Assembly (NCBI GenBank): GCA_963774955.1
Contig: CAVZGV010000003.1
Span: 192,771 to 256,770 of the forward strand
Direction: 5' to 3'
Source of the DNA: Candidatus Falkowbacteria bacterium
Lineage (GTDB): Bacteria > Patescibacteriota > Patescibacteriia > CAIXNZ01
Length of the DNA stretch: 64,000 nucleotides
Both the position numbers and the translations under genes were made by a program. Below, piece by piece: positions 27,301-37,807 of the stretch. The notes under the pieces were generated by a model. That model was not told the origin of the DNA. It saw only the letters and a program-made list of their open reading frames with translations, and searched no databases. The stretch's first letter is position 1; each line of letters starts with the position of its first letter.

Positions 27301-28030
27301 TTGATATTAAGAAATTTACAGCTTAAGGATTTTTTTATCGGAGCAGAAATGACGTTGGTTAAGCTTTCAGACAATAGTTTGGGGACAGCTGCGAATTTCG
27401 ATGTTCAAATCGATACCGATAAACATTTAAAGTTTTCTGCTATAAGGGAGAGTGATCATATTAGGAAATTAATAAACAAAGATCCTTTATTATTAAAATA
27501 TTTGCAGAATCTTGACTGCAGTTTTAAACGGTCATTAAAATTAGCCATAGTTTCAGCGTTGTCTCAGCCTTTATTGAATAAAAGTGAATTAAGGAGACTT
27601 GGTCTTGAATTTTTTTAGAGTTAAAAAGAGCAGTTCATGGCAACATAGACTTGTCCCGTTACTTAAAGATAAAAACGAAGCTGTTTTAATAGGTTATGGC
27701 GGGGGCTTACATACATTATTAAAGTCAAAGATTTTAAATTTGTATATTTCTGATTTTATGTTTAAAAATAGGGTGTTTTTAATGCAGTCAATTCGAGAAT
27801 TGGCTAGACTCAAGAAATTGTATAATTTTATGGGAAAGATTAAATTATCAAATGGTTTACAGAATGAAGCGATTCTAAAGAAGGCCAATCTTACCTTAAT
27901 TAGCGGTTCTGCCCTAGCTATTAATACGATGGAAGATTTGCTTAAAAATGCTCGAAGATGTGCTAAACGGTCATTGTCCAGGGGCCTAGTGCCAGTATCT
28001 ACCCAGCCGAATTATTTTCCAGAGGAGTAA
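27301..28030 (+). CDS. Hypothetical protein split into two overlapping ORFs at a T7 homopolymer (27301-27618 and 27599-28030)
   Basis: The frame change coincides with gaattttttt at about 27608-27617. No family recognised with confidence. Confidence 0.35.
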
Positions 28031-28137
28031 CTGATTTATTCACTAATATAAAGAAAGAAGCCGATATATTTGATTATAAAATTCCTGGCGGCCATACTAG
28101 GGATGATAGCAATTATATCCATATTTATAAATAATTT

Positions 28138-28997
28138 ATGCATTATTCATTAGATTTAAATTACAATTGCAATAATGATTGCCTTTTCTGTTTTAATAAA
28201 TATGATAAAAACAAGTCGTTTGATATTAAGCAGGTAAAAAAAGAAATTGATTGGGCGTCTAAAAATCAGTTTGATATTCTCGATTTTTATGGCGGGGAAC
28301 CGCTATTATATAAAGATGATTTGTTGGAAATTCTAAAGTATGCACATGCAATAAAGGGTTGAAATCCGGAATCGCTACAAATGCCACTTTTTTAGATGAT
28401 AAAATTGTTAAAATTTTCAATGAATTAGGGGTGGTTAATTGTAGAACAAGTATGCACGGCCATAATAAGGTATTGCATGACATGGTGACTCAAAGGAAAG
28501 GTAGCTTTGAAAAGACCTCTCGAGGAATTAATTCTTTGATTAACTATTTTAACGGGGAGATAATTATAAATATAGTCATTACCAAATTAAATTATAAATA
28601 TCTACCAGACATTGTTCTACATATATGTAAACTTGATCCTGGTAAGAAGGCGGCTATTAAGTTTTCCAATTTGATTTATAATCATAATAATGATGTTTAT
28701 AGAAAGATTGGCCTGTCTTTATCAGCCACCCAGCCGGTTGTGTATAAAGTAATCAAAAATATAGTTAAAGATAGAAAGTTTTATATTGAGAAATATCCTT
28801 ATTGTTTTTTAAAACCATTCTCTAAAAATTTTATAATAGAAAAAGATCTTGGCAGGGAAATTATATTTTGGCATAATGATTGCGCTGTCTGCAAATTCAA
28901 GAATAAGTCTTGTGTCGGATTAAATATCAATTATGTCAATTATATCCAGCCAGATATAGGTGAAATTAAAAAATTGAATAATTTTAAATATGAATAA
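28138..28997 (+). CDS. Short twitch/SPASM-type radical SAM enzyme, paralog 1, interrupted by a -1 frameshift at about 28355-28362
   Basis: CNNDCLFC, GGEPLL, TNATFLDD, NIVITKLNYKYL and a C-terminal CAVCKFKNKSCVG cluster. The break lies in an aaaggg run (ORFs 28138-28362 and 28359-28997). Confidence 0.65.
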
Positions 28998-30378
28998 GCT
29001 GAGAAAGTTATTAGGTCGCGAGCAGATCTCGAATGAAAAAAAACAATATATTAAGATAAACAATTACTGTAATAATAATTGTATTTTTTGCCTTGATTCT
29101 GCCAATCAGGAAAAGGCTCAGCGGATCAAAAAAACTTTCATATTTAAACAAATCAAAGATGGAAGGGCCGGGGGGGCTAATAAATTAATACTAAGCGGCG
29201 GCGAAGCTACAATTGATCCCTACTTCCTTGAATATGTTAAATTTGCCAAAACGAACGGTTATCATAAAATACAGGTTATTTCCAATGGCCGGATGTTTGC
29301 GTACGGTAAATTTGCTAAGCAGGCAATAGCGAATGGTTTGAATGAGATAACGATATCAATTCATGGGCATAATCAGAAGTTGTACGAAAAATTGACTAAT
29401 ATACCCGGATCATTTAAACAATTGTTAGCGGCATTAAATAATTTAAAACAATTTCCCGGGTTGATAATAAATATTGATATAGTGATCAATAAATTAAATT
29501 ATAAATATATTTATGAGATTATTAAATTTTATAGTAAAAATTGTGGTATTTTTGAATATGATTTACTTAATTTAACACCTGCCGGCCGCGCTTTAATTAA
29601 TAAAAAGATATTATTTATTAATTTGAAACTAGCTTTGAAGTATTTAAAGCCTGTTTTTAATCTGACGAAAAGGGATAGTCGGTTTTTTATATGGACTAAT
29701 AGGTTGCCTCCTAAATATTTAGAAGGGTATGAGTATTTAATCCAAGACCCTCATAAATTAATGGATGAGGTTTCGGGCCGTTATCAATCATTAAACAGTT
29801 TTTTGACCTTAGGGACTAAAATGAGTTGTCAGGATGATCTAAACTGCTCTTGGTGTTATTTGGATGATTTCTGTAAAAAGCTCAGGGACACTAAACAACT
29901 AAATAATTTTGAGTTTTTCCCCATAAAATCCATTAATGATGTTAGAAATGTTAGTGAACGCAAGTATTTTGTTGAGGTTGACAGGAAGAATTACAAGGAC
30001 ATCTTAGAAAATATTGAAGAATATAAAAAATATAATGTTTATTTTAAATTAAGAAATTTTAGCACTGTAAAAGAACTTGACCAGAAGGCTTTGCCTCTAA
30101 GTTTATTCAAAGAATATTTTGCGATGGATAAAGATATTAAATTTTTAGACTTTCCATTATGTTTGGTTAATAAACAGGCAAAAGTAGCGCAATTTTTGAA
30201 TTTGTCAAGAAATGCCGCTGATTTAGATTTAAAGCAATTTACCATGAATTATATAAGGGATTTATATTATATAAAAGCTTTAAAATGCGATCATTGTAGA
30301 TTTAATAAAAAATGTTCTGGCTGGCATATTAATTATGTGCGCTATTACGGGTTTAAAATTTTTAACCCAGTCATATGA
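28990..30378 (+). CDS. Radical SAM enzyme, paralog 2, with an about 170-aa C-terminal extension (462 aa)
   Basis: CNNNCIFC, SGGEATIDP, ISNGRMF, IDIVINKLNYKYIYEI. Terminal CDHCRFNKKCSGWH. Start overlaps the upstream stop (ATGAATAA). Confidence 0.75.
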   Translation: MNKLRKLLGREQISNEKKQYIKINNYCNNNCIFCLDSANQEKAQRIKKTFIFKQIKDGRAGGANKLILSGGEATIDPYFLEYVKFAKTNGYHKIQVISNGRMFAYGKFAKQAIANGLNEITISIHGHNQKLYEKLTNIPGSFKQLLAALNNLKQFPGLIINIDIVINKLNYKYIYEIIKFYSKNCGIFEYDLLNLTPAGRALINKKILFINLKLALKYLKPVFNLTKRDSRFFIWTNRLPPKYLEGYEYLIQDPHKLMDEVSGRYQSLNSFLTLGTKMSCQDDLNCSWCYLDDFCKKLRDTKQLNNFEFFPIKSINDVRNVSERKYFVEVDRKNYKDILENIEEYKKYNVYFKLRNFSTVKELDQKALPLSLFKEYFAMDKDIKFLDFPLCLVNKQAKVAQFLNLSRNAADLDLKQFTMNYIRDLYYIKALKCDHCRFNKKCSGWHINYVRYYGFKIFNPVI

Positions 30379-31736
30379 GTAAAATTGATTTTAATCAGCG
30401 GTTAAAATTTTTTAGAGATATTACTTATCGGTATAATTTAATATTCCCGACCGATTATTTATATCTTTCACCTAAAAAGGAATGGGGATTAGAGCAGATG
30501 ATGAATTTATGGCGATTTAATTTGAGAAATGTTAATAACCCATATGTTTCGCTTTATTTACATATCCCTTTTTGTCTCGAAAGAAGGTGCTCTTATTGTA
30601 TAAATTTATCTTCGGTATTGGAGTCCGGCTCCCAGCTCGAGCAATATTTGGATTATCTGAAAAAAACGATGTTAAACTATAGGAAAATATTTCCGACTAC
30701 AAAATTCAATACATTATATATAGGCGGAGGTACCCCCTCGATATTATCGCCAAAACAGTTGGATGATTTTTTAAAAACCATTAAGATTAATTTTAAATTT
30801 GAAAGTTCTGGCATGAAAACTATCGAGATGTCACCTGCTACTGCAAGTTATGAAAAAATAGATATTTGTAAAAGGCAAGGTATTAATCGCATAAGTATGG
30901 GGATTCAATCTTTGAACTGCAAGATTCTAGAATCAGTTAATAGATTCAATACTTTAGCCTATAATGAGTTACAGGATCTTTGTCGGTATGTTAATAGGAA
31001 GAAATTTGAAGATTTTAATTTGGATTTAATAATTGGCTTGCCTGGCGAAAATAATAAAAGTTTTTTAAATAACCTGACGCAATTATTAAAGTTAAATATT
31101 CCATCAATTACTGTTTATAAATATGTACATAAATATTTTGAGTCCGAAAAAAATACGCCAAAGTATTACGAAGAGCAATATTTAATCAAGTATAAAGATA
31201 TTATTAAAAATATAGGAGCTATATTGAAAAAGTATCATTATATTGAAGAAACGTCCGGGGCTGGAATTAATAATCTATTTCGTTTCGTAAAGAAAAACCA
31301 TAGCAAAAAACAGGATTATTTTTTGCAATGGAACTCACAATTAAATAATTCTGTTTTAGGTATCGGGAAAGGCTCTACCAGTCTTATACAAAATAAAGTC
31401 TTTGCCAATGAAGATTTTAACGTATCAGTAAATAACCTAGTATCAAGCAATGTTAAATATTCAGGTCACATATTTAATAAAGATGACCAAATTCGCAATT
31501 ATACAATTATGGAACTCTGGCGTAATCGGGCAATGGATTTTTCAGAATTCAAGAGGTTATTCGGGCTAGATTTTTACAGCTACTTTAAGGGGGAGCTAGA
31601 CTATTTGAGAATTCAAAATAAAGTAATAATTACCGATAAATACGTAGAGATTAAATTTAATGATATTTTGGATTTTGCAATTAATATAAAATTATTTTTT
31701 AATTTTTCTTATCTTAAAACTAACTATCAAACATAA
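30375..31736 (+). CDS. HemN/HemW-like radical SAM enzyme with a non-canonical CX4CX2C motif, paralog A (453 aa)
   Basis: LHIPFCLERRCSYC, LYIGGGTPS, INRISMGIQS, DLIIGLPGE. ATGA overlap with the upstream gene. Confidence 0.75.
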   Translation: MSKIDFNQRLKFFRDITYRYNLIFPTDYLYLSPKKEWGLEQMMNLWRFNLRNVNNPYVSLYLHIPFCLERRCSYCINLSSVLESGSQLEQYLDYLKKTMLNYRKIFPTTKFNTLYIGGGTPSILSPKQLDDFLKTIKINFKFESSGMKTIEMSPATASYEKIDICKRQGINRISMGIQSLNCKILESVNRFNTLAYNELQDLCRYVNRKKFEDFNLDLIIGLPGENNKSFLNNLTQLLKLNIPSITVYKYVHKYFESEKNTPKYYEEQYLIKYKDIIKNIGAILKKYHYIEETSGAGINNLFRFVKKNHSKKQDYFLQWNSQLNNSVLGIGKGSTSLIQNKVFANEDFNVSVNNLVSSNVKYSGHIFNKDDQIRNYTIMELWRNRAMDFSEFKRLFGLDFYSYFKGELDYLRIQNKVIITDKYVEIKFNDILDFAINIKLFFNFSYLKTNYQT

Positions 31737-31738
31737 TT

Positions 31739-32674
31739 ATGGCGAATTTGGGTTACATCCAATTGAATAGAACCTGTAATCAGCAGTGCCTGTTTTGCTC
31801 CAATCCGGAGAATGGGAACGTTTTATCATATTCAAAAGCTAGGTTTTATATTGATGATTTTATGAAAAACCGAGTTGACGGAATTATTTTTACCGGGGGT
31901 GAACCAACCTTAAACAAAAATTTAATAAGGCTTATAAGGTATTGTAAACAAAAAAACTTAGAATCCAGGATAATAACAAATGGACAACTTACTGCTGATT
32001 ACGATTTTATGCGAGAATTGAAGTTGTCTGGATTGAATTTGATTCATGTTTCCATCCATTCAGTAAAACCCCCAATACAAAATTATTTGAGCCAAAATTC
32101 TAATTCTTTTAGGAATATAATAGGAACTTTGCAAAACGCCAGAAAGCTCGGTGTGGAGGTTAATATTAATACTGTTATAAACAGATTTAATGCCAAAAAT
32201 TTGCATGAAAATATGCGTTTTTTTATCGTTAAATTCCCTGAAATTAAGCACTTTGTTTTTAATAATTTAGATCCTAAGATGAATCGGGTTGAGAAAAATA
32301 CCACTTTAATCCCTCGATTAGGGGATTTTAAAGATTCATTGTTGAAAGCTCTGACATTATTAAGCAAGAATGGAAAGACTTTCCGCGTTGAACGCGTCCC
32401 TTTATGTTATATGACGGAATTCGCAGAGTATTCAACTGAAACCAGGAAGATTATTAAGAATGAGGAACGTAGGATCTTATTTTTGGATGATCGACCTGAT
32501 AATTATAGTAAACAAGATTATTTCTTTTATGAAAAAGCAAAACAATGTAAAAAATGCAGCCTGAATGAAATATGTGCCGGATTATACGCTATGGATACAC
32601 ATTTTAGTAGTAAAGAATTGGAGCCCCAAGCAATTAATAAGAATATAATTATTAAAAGGATATTAAATGGCTAA
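31739..32674 (+). CDS. Short twitch/SPASM-type radical SAM enzyme, paralog 3 (311 aa)
   Basis: CNQQCLFC, FTGGEPTL, ITNGQL, NTVINRFNAKNL, C-terminal CKKCSLNEICAG. Confidence 0.8.
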   Translation: MANLGYIQLNRTCNQQCLFCSNPENGNVLSYSKARFYIDDFMKNRVDGIIFTGGEPTLNKNLIRLIRYCKQKNLESRIITNGQLTADYDFMRELKLSGLNLIHVSIHSVKPPIQNYLSQNSNSFRNIIGTLQNARKLGVEVNINTVINRFNAKNLHENMRFFIVKFPEIKHFVFNNLDPKMNRVEKNTTLIPRLGDFKDSLLKALTLLSKNGKTFRVERVPLCYMTEFAEYSTETRKIIKNEERRILFLDDRPDNYSKQDYFFYEKAKQCKKCSLNEICAGLYAMDTHFSSKELEPQAINKNIIIKRILNG

Positions 32675-33548
32675 AAGGATTGAAATATATGTAGGTTTTA
32701 AATGCAATAATAATTGTATTTTTTGCGTTGAATACTTTAGACGACAGAAGTTTAATGACTTGAAAGTATTACAAACTAATACTGAAATCAATGAACAGCT
32801 AAATAAATATCGTGAAGAAGGATATAGCCATTTAAATATATTGGGTGGAGAACCTTTCTTGGAGCCAAGTTTTTATAAAGTATTATCAAAAGCTAAGGGC
32901 TTAGGCTTCATTACCGCAGTTACAACTAATGGAAGTTTATTGTCAGATGAAAATATTGCCGTTAAAAATTTACCCTTAATAGATGATCTAATCTTATCTA
33001 TTCATGGTCATAATGAAGAAATAATCTCGAGACAGAGTCAGAATAAAAATTTATATGTCAATTTACAGGCAGCTTTTTTAAATATTAAAAAATATTTTAG
33101 AGGTCGAATTCTTAAAACCAATACTGTAATTAATAATTTAAATTATAAATATCTCTTAGATATTGTAAAATTTATTCAGAGGGCGGGAATCTCAGAAATT
33201 AGTTTAACCTATATGTCGATTGATGATCATAATAAAGAATTCTTGGTAAGTTTGGGTAGACTGCAGCCATATTTGGAAAAAGTAATGGAATATTGCAGCA
33301 ATAATGACTTGAGAATCAGGTTCGCTGATATTCCTTTATGTTTTTTGGGACAATACCCCCATCTAGATAATAGTTTATATTATGACAAACGACAGAAATA
33401 TGATGTGGATGGTAAGCTGATCGAACATTGTAGGCAAAAAACAAAAACAGAAAAATGTTCCGGCTGTATGTATGAAGGTATTTGCGAAGGGTTGGATCTT
33501 AGTTATTATAAAATATTCGGCGATTCAGAATTAATGCCAATTAGTTAA
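32667..33548 (+). CDS. Short twitch/SPASM-type radical SAM enzyme, paralog 4 (293 aa)
   Basis: CNNNCIFC, LGGEPFL, TTNGSLL, NTVINNLNYKYLLDIV, C-terminal CSGCMYEGICEG. Confidence 0.8.
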   Translation: MAKRIEIYVGFKCNNNCIFCVEYFRRQKFNDLKVLQTNTEINEQLNKYREEGYSHLNILGGEPFLEPSFYKVLSKAKGLGFITAVTTNGSLLSDENIAVKNLPLIDDLILSIHGHNEEIISRQSQNKNLYVNLQAAFLNIKKYFRGRILKTNTVINNLNYKYLLDIVKFIQRAGISEISLTYMSIDDHNKEFLVSLGRLQPYLEKVMEYCSNNDLRIRFADIPLCFLGQYPHLDNSLYYDKRQKYDVDGKLIEHCRQKTKTEKCSGCMYEGICEGLDLSYYKIFGDSELMPIS

Positions 33549-33554
33549 TTATAT

Positions 33555-34490
33555 ATGCATAATATTGAAATTAACATCGGTAATGCCTGTAATAATAAAT
33601 GCAGATTTTGTATGATAGAATATGAAGATAAAAGATGCTTCATTGCTTTTAATTTGATAAAAAAAGAGGTAATTAAGGCCAGGCGTCAGGCGTATGATTC
33701 GATTGGGTTTTTAGGCGGTGAATTTACTTTACATCCGGATTTGCTGAAAATAGTTAAATTATGTAAAATTTTAGGATATAAAACTATACATATAATTAGT
33801 AACGGCAGAAGATTTGCTGACTCTGAATTGTTGAGTGACCTGATAAAAAATGGTGTAAATAGATTTTCTGTTTCAGTTCATAGCCATGATCAGAAAGTTG
33901 ATGATTATTTGACTCAAAGTCGCGGAGGATTCAAACAAAAACTTCAGGGAATTAAGAATCTAATAAAATTTAGAAAAACCGGAAAAATCAGAAATTCTCT
34001 GTCAATAAATATAGTTATTAATAATTTGAATTACAAAGAAATAGTTAAGACTTTAAACTATTTTCACGGTCTGGGCATTGAAGATTTTAGGTTGAATTTT
34101 ATTTGGCTGCACGGACGTGCCCAGAGATACTCGGAACTTTACCTTAAATTTAGTGATTTTGTGCCATATATTAAGGATATTATTTCAGCCGCAAAGGAAC
34201 ATAAATATAATTTTTCTTTTGAGGGTATTCCGGCCTGTATTATAAATAGTGATGAGGCACTTAATTATTTAGGCGAGCTAAAAGATCAAGCTACTCAGGT
34301 AGTTGCCTATAATAATCCGAAACAGCTGAGGGAAAGCTTTAACTGGCAAAGCCGCAAAGCTAATGAGTTTAAAATTAAAAATGATAACTGCCAATTGTGC
34401 CATTGGAATAGTATCTGCGATGGTATCTGGCGAGATTATATAACAATTTATGGTTGGGACGAATTCCAGCCGAAGGAAAAAAACAATTAA
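33555..34490 (+). CDS. Short twitch/SPASM-type radical SAM enzyme, paralog 5 (311 aa)
   Basis: CNNKCRFC, LGGEFTL, ISNGRRF, NIVINNLNYKEIV, C-terminal CQLCHWNSICDG. Ends YGWDEFQP. Confidence 0.8.
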   Translation: MHNIEINIGNACNNKCRFCMIEYEDKRCFIAFNLIKKEVIKARRQAYDSIGFLGGEFTLHPDLLKIVKLCKILGYKTIHIISNGRRFADSELLSDLIKNGVNRFSVSVHSHDQKVDDYLTQSRGGFKQKLQGIKNLIKFRKTGKIRNSLSINIVINNLNYKEIVKTLNYFHGLGIEDFRLNFIWLHGRAQRYSELYLKFSDFVPYIKDIISAAKEHKYNFSFEGIPACIINSDEALNYLGELKDQATQVVAYNNPKQLRESFNWQSRKANEFKIKNDNCQLCHWNSICDGIWRDYITIYGWDEFQPKEKNN

Positions 34491-34509
34491 TTTTTTTATA
34501 TATACGCGG

Positions 34510-35844
34510 ATGTTAACTATTAAGAGAAAAATCGAAGAATTCAATAGGCTCTTTCAGAACAATCAGTGTTGGGATTTGGATCTTCTTAAAAATTATCTGA
34601 TTAGGGCAGAAGTAAGGTTCAGCGCACAGGATGTAAGAAAAATGTGGGGTAGGGGGCTCAAAACATTAAGCAAACAGCCTGATAAGAACTTGAATATGTA
34701 TATCAGTATGCCTTTTTGTTTAGATAATAAGTGCGCCTATTGCCGTCATCAGTCTTTGATTGCCAGCAGTTCTGTTATTGATTTATATATAATTTATTTA
34801 ATCAATTCTTTGAAATATTATAAGGATATTTTTAAAAATTTTGTTTTCAATAATTTGTATATAGGGGGCGGGACACCTAGTATTCTAACAAACAAACAAT
34901 TACAGATAATTTTAAATGAAATTTTCAATGATTATGATTTCGATCCTTCTGGGGAAAAAACTTTTGAATGCAATCCCAATACAATTAATTTGGAAAAATT
35001 AATGATTGTCAAGAACTTCGGCTTTAATAGAATAAGCATCGGCGTGCAATCTTTAGATGAAAAGGTGTTGTCGTCGGCTAAAAGGAACAACCAATCATAT
35101 AACGATGTTCAAAACGCAATTGTTAATGCGCAAACGTGTAATTTCCCAGTAATAAATGTAGATTTGATGCTCGGGCTTGCAAACCAAACATTGGAATCTC
35201 TGGTTAAAACCTGCTTGCAGATTATAAAATTTAGACCCGATAATATGTTTATTTATAAGTATAAGCCGCAAGAAGGTCATTATGGCAATTATATTAAGCA
35301 GTCGCAGGATAAATATTTTAAAAGGTTAAATAATTTTTGCCAAAGATTTTCCGTGGTATTGAAGTCTGATAAAAAAGTCAATTCAGTTTATTTTGTTACG
35401 GAGAATGATAATTTCTTTAGATTACGTTTGAAAACCGGTCCCCGTATAAAAATTAGCACCCCTTATGTTTTATATGGTGATAGGCCTTTTAATTATGTAT
35501 TTGGGGTAGGACAGTTTGCTATTTCAAAAATTTATTCAATATTTCAGGGGGAAGAGTTGTCTAAAAATTTCTTTTTTAAACCTCGGCTAAAAAATATAAG
35601 AGGTTCGTTTGTATCTCAAACTGATGAAATGAAAAGTTATATTTTGAACTCTCTTGACCGTTATGATTCAGTAATAAATAAAACTGAATTTGAAAAAAAT
35701 TTTGGTCAAGACATATCCCTGTCTTTCAAAGGGGAGCTTGAATATTTCCAAAATAATAATTTGTTAGTTCTGGATAATGAAAGGGTAATTTTTAAATTTA
35801 AAACACCCAAAGAGAAGTTTTTAGCTGCCTTTCTTTTTATTTAA
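34510..35844 (+). CDS. HemN/HemW-like radical SAM enzyme with CX4CX2C, paralog B (about 444 aa)
   Basis: SMPFCLDNKCAYC, LYIGGGTPSIL, FNRISIGVQS, DLMLGLANQT. Start set at ATG 34510, after the upstream stop at 34490. Confidence 0.75.
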   Translation: MLTIKRKIEEFNRLFQNNQCWDLDLLKNYLIRAEVRFSAQDVRKMWGRGLKTLSKQPDKNLNMYISMPFCLDNKCAYCRHQSLIASSSVIDLYIIYLINSLKYYKDIFKNFVFNNLYIGGGTPSILTNKQLQIILNEIFNDYDFDPSGEKTFECNPNTINLEKLMIVKNFGFNRISIGVQSLDEKVLSSAKRNNQSYNDVQNAIVNAQTCNFPVINVDLMLGLANQTLESLVKTCLQIIKFRPDNMFIYKYKPQEGHYGNYIKQSQDKYFKRLNNFCQRFSVVLKSDKKVNSVYFVTENDNFFRLRLKTGPRIKISTPYVLYGDRPFNYVFGVGQFAISKIYSIFQGEELSKNFFFKPRLKNIRGSFVSQTDEMKSYILNSLDRYDSVINKTEFEKNFGQDISLSFKGELEYFQNNNLLVLDNERVIFKFKTPKEKFLAAFLFI

Positions 35845-35849
35845 ATTTT

Positions 35850-35990
35850 ATGTCTTTAGCTAGAAATATGCCCAATGATGTTATTAAAATTGATGATCAA
35901 TTCGAAATGGCAAAATCTATGGGGAATACTTTATTGCAGTATGCTAGACGTTTTTTGAATATCGATTTAATTTATTATAAAATTATATAA
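35850..35990 (+). CDS. Small ORF (46 aa, MSLARNMPNDVIKIDDQFEMAKSMGNTLLQYARRFLNIDLIYYKII) immediately upstream of a radical SAM gene; a speculative precursor or accessory peptide
   Basis: Fills the only sizeable gap (about 150 bp) inside the radical SAM array. Its stop lies 2 nt before the next ATG. No homology evidence. Confidence 0.2.
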   Translation: MSLARNMPNDVIKIDDQFEMAKSMGNTLLQYARRFLNIDLIYYKII

Positions 35991-35992
35991 CT

Positions 35993-37807
35993 ATGGATAG
36001 GATTGATTTGAAAATTTGCTTTCAATGCAATAATCTTTGTGAATTTTGTGTGCAGGGAGATAAGAGGGAGCGTCTTGCTAATAAAAGTCTTGAAGAAATT
36101 AAAAAAGCGCTAAGGGAGGCGAGGCAGGAAAATATCGAAGGTGTTGTTTTTACAGGTGGCGAACCTACTGTCCATCCCGATATTTTAAAGGTAGTGGAGT
36201 ATGCCCAGAAAGCTGGATTTAAAAGTATCCAGTTGCAAACTAATGGACGTATGTTCTCGTATTTAGATTTTTGTAAAAAAATAATTTCAGCAGGAGCGAG
36301 TGAATTTTCGCCAGCATTGCATAGTTCTGTGCCAGAAATTCACGATAAATTAACAAATAGTCCGGGGGCCTGGCAGCAGGTAGTAAAGGGGATTAGAAAT
36401 TTGAAAAGTTTAAATCAATATGTCCTTACTAATACCGTTATTACCTCTTTGAATTATAAGGATTTTCCGGAATTGGCTAAATTATTTGTCAGATTGAATG
36501 TTGATCAGTTTCAGTTTGCTTATGTTCATATAATTGGCACCGCCTTTAAAAATAAGGAATGGCTGATTCCCCGAAAAAGCGAAGTGATGCCTTATGTTAG
36601 GAAGGGTTTAGATATCGGTATCTTCGCCGGTAAAAAAGTAATGACCGAGGCGATACCTTATTGTTTTATGTCTGGTTATGAAGATTATATTGCCGAAAAA
36701 AATATTCCGGAAACAAAAGTCGTGGCTGAAAATACAATTGATGATTTTAATTATTTTCGGAAAAACGTTGGGAAATTGAAGTCCGCTACCTGTAAGATTT
36801 GCGGTTATTATAATATTTGCGAGGGGCCCTGGAAAGAGTACCCTGAAATTTTTGGCTGGGATGAATTTAAGCCGGTAATAAAATTACCGCCTCATTTTGA
36901 AAAACTGGAAAATTATGACAAGAAATTAATTCAGGTAGTTGGACAGGCTTATAATCTTGGGGAGATAGTTGCTGTCTATAAATATGTCAAACGCAGCATT
37001 AATAATGCTCATTTGTTTGTGTTTCAAGCTAAAATAGTGATAGCAAAATTATCAAAAACAAAGACGCCAGAAAAGATAAATGCGGAACAAAATGTGCTGA
37101 GTATTTTTCTGAAAAAAGGTTTACTTTTCCCGGCGATGTTAAAAACTGTTAAAGGTGATTTTTATCTAAAATACAAACAAAGTTATATCCGTTTGTACGA
37201 GTATGTTCAGGGTTCAAACAATGTTCATTATTTTAATTATCTGGATAAGATTTTGAATTATTTTATTTTTTGCGTACAAAGCAAAGATAAATTCAATAAG
37301 TTTTATAATCGAGAAGCAGTTTTATTTAAACTAGACAAGAAAATTGCTAATGCTTTAAAATTAACTAAAAAATTTAATCACTCGGATAATAAATACTTAG
37401 TGGGCCTGCTGGGCGATTCTGAGAATATTTTAAATAATATAAGGAGTTCTGATGTAATTATACCATTGCACTTTCTGGAATTAGTTTTGAACGAAAAGGG
37501 GCTATATTTTTTGGAATCAGAACACTTGATCGAAAATTTTTTTCCTTCTTCTTACGTCCTGGCGAGATATATATTAAAAGTATTAACTCAAGAAAATCAA
37601 ATTTTAAATATTGATGAGCTTGTGAGAATAGTTTTCACGAAAACCAATTTAGCCCAAGAGAAAAAAACTGCCGTGAATCTTCTCTTGACAATTGATTTAT
37701 TGCGTAGGATTTATAATTATAAAAAATATAATAAGGATACGAGAAATAAATATAAGAAATATTATCGAGATTTAATCATTGGGTTTAATGTTAAATTTAG
37801 TCAGTAA
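35993..37807 (+). CDS. Radical SAM enzyme, paralog 6, with an about 300-aa C-terminal extension of unknown function (604 aa)
   Basis: CNNLCEFC, FTGGEPTV, QTNGRMF, NTVITSLNYKDF, CKICGYYNICEGPW, FGWDEFKP. The C-terminal half has no recognisable domain. Confidence 0.75.
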   Translation: MDRIDLKICFQCNNLCEFCVQGDKRERLANKSLEEIKKALREARQENIEGVVFTGGEPTVHPDILKVVEYAQKAGFKSIQLQTNGRMFSYLDFCKKIISAGASEFSPALHSSVPEIHDKLTNSPGAWQQVVKGIRNLKSLNQYVLTNTVITSLNYKDFPELAKLFVRLNVDQFQFAYVHIIGTAFKNKEWLIPRKSEVMPYVRKGLDIGIFAGKKVMTEAIPYCFMSGYEDYIAEKNIPETKVVAENTIDDFNYFRKNVGKLKSATCKICGYYNICEGPWKEYPEIFGWDEFKPVIKLPPHFEKLENYDKKLIQVVGQAYNLGEIVAVYKYVKRSINNAHLFVFQAKIVIAKLSKTKTPEKINAEQNVLSIFLKKGLLFPAMLKTVKGDFYLKYKQSYIRLYEYVQGSNNVHYFNYLDKILNYFIFCVQSKDKFNKFYNREAVLFKLDKKIANALKLTKKFNHSDNKYLVGLLGDSENILNNIRSSDVIIPLHFLELVLNEKGLYFLESEHLIENFFPSSYVLARYILKVLTQENQILNIDELVRIVFTKTNLAQEKKTAVNLLLTIDLLRRIYNYKKYNKDTRNKYKKYYRDLIIGFNVKFSQ

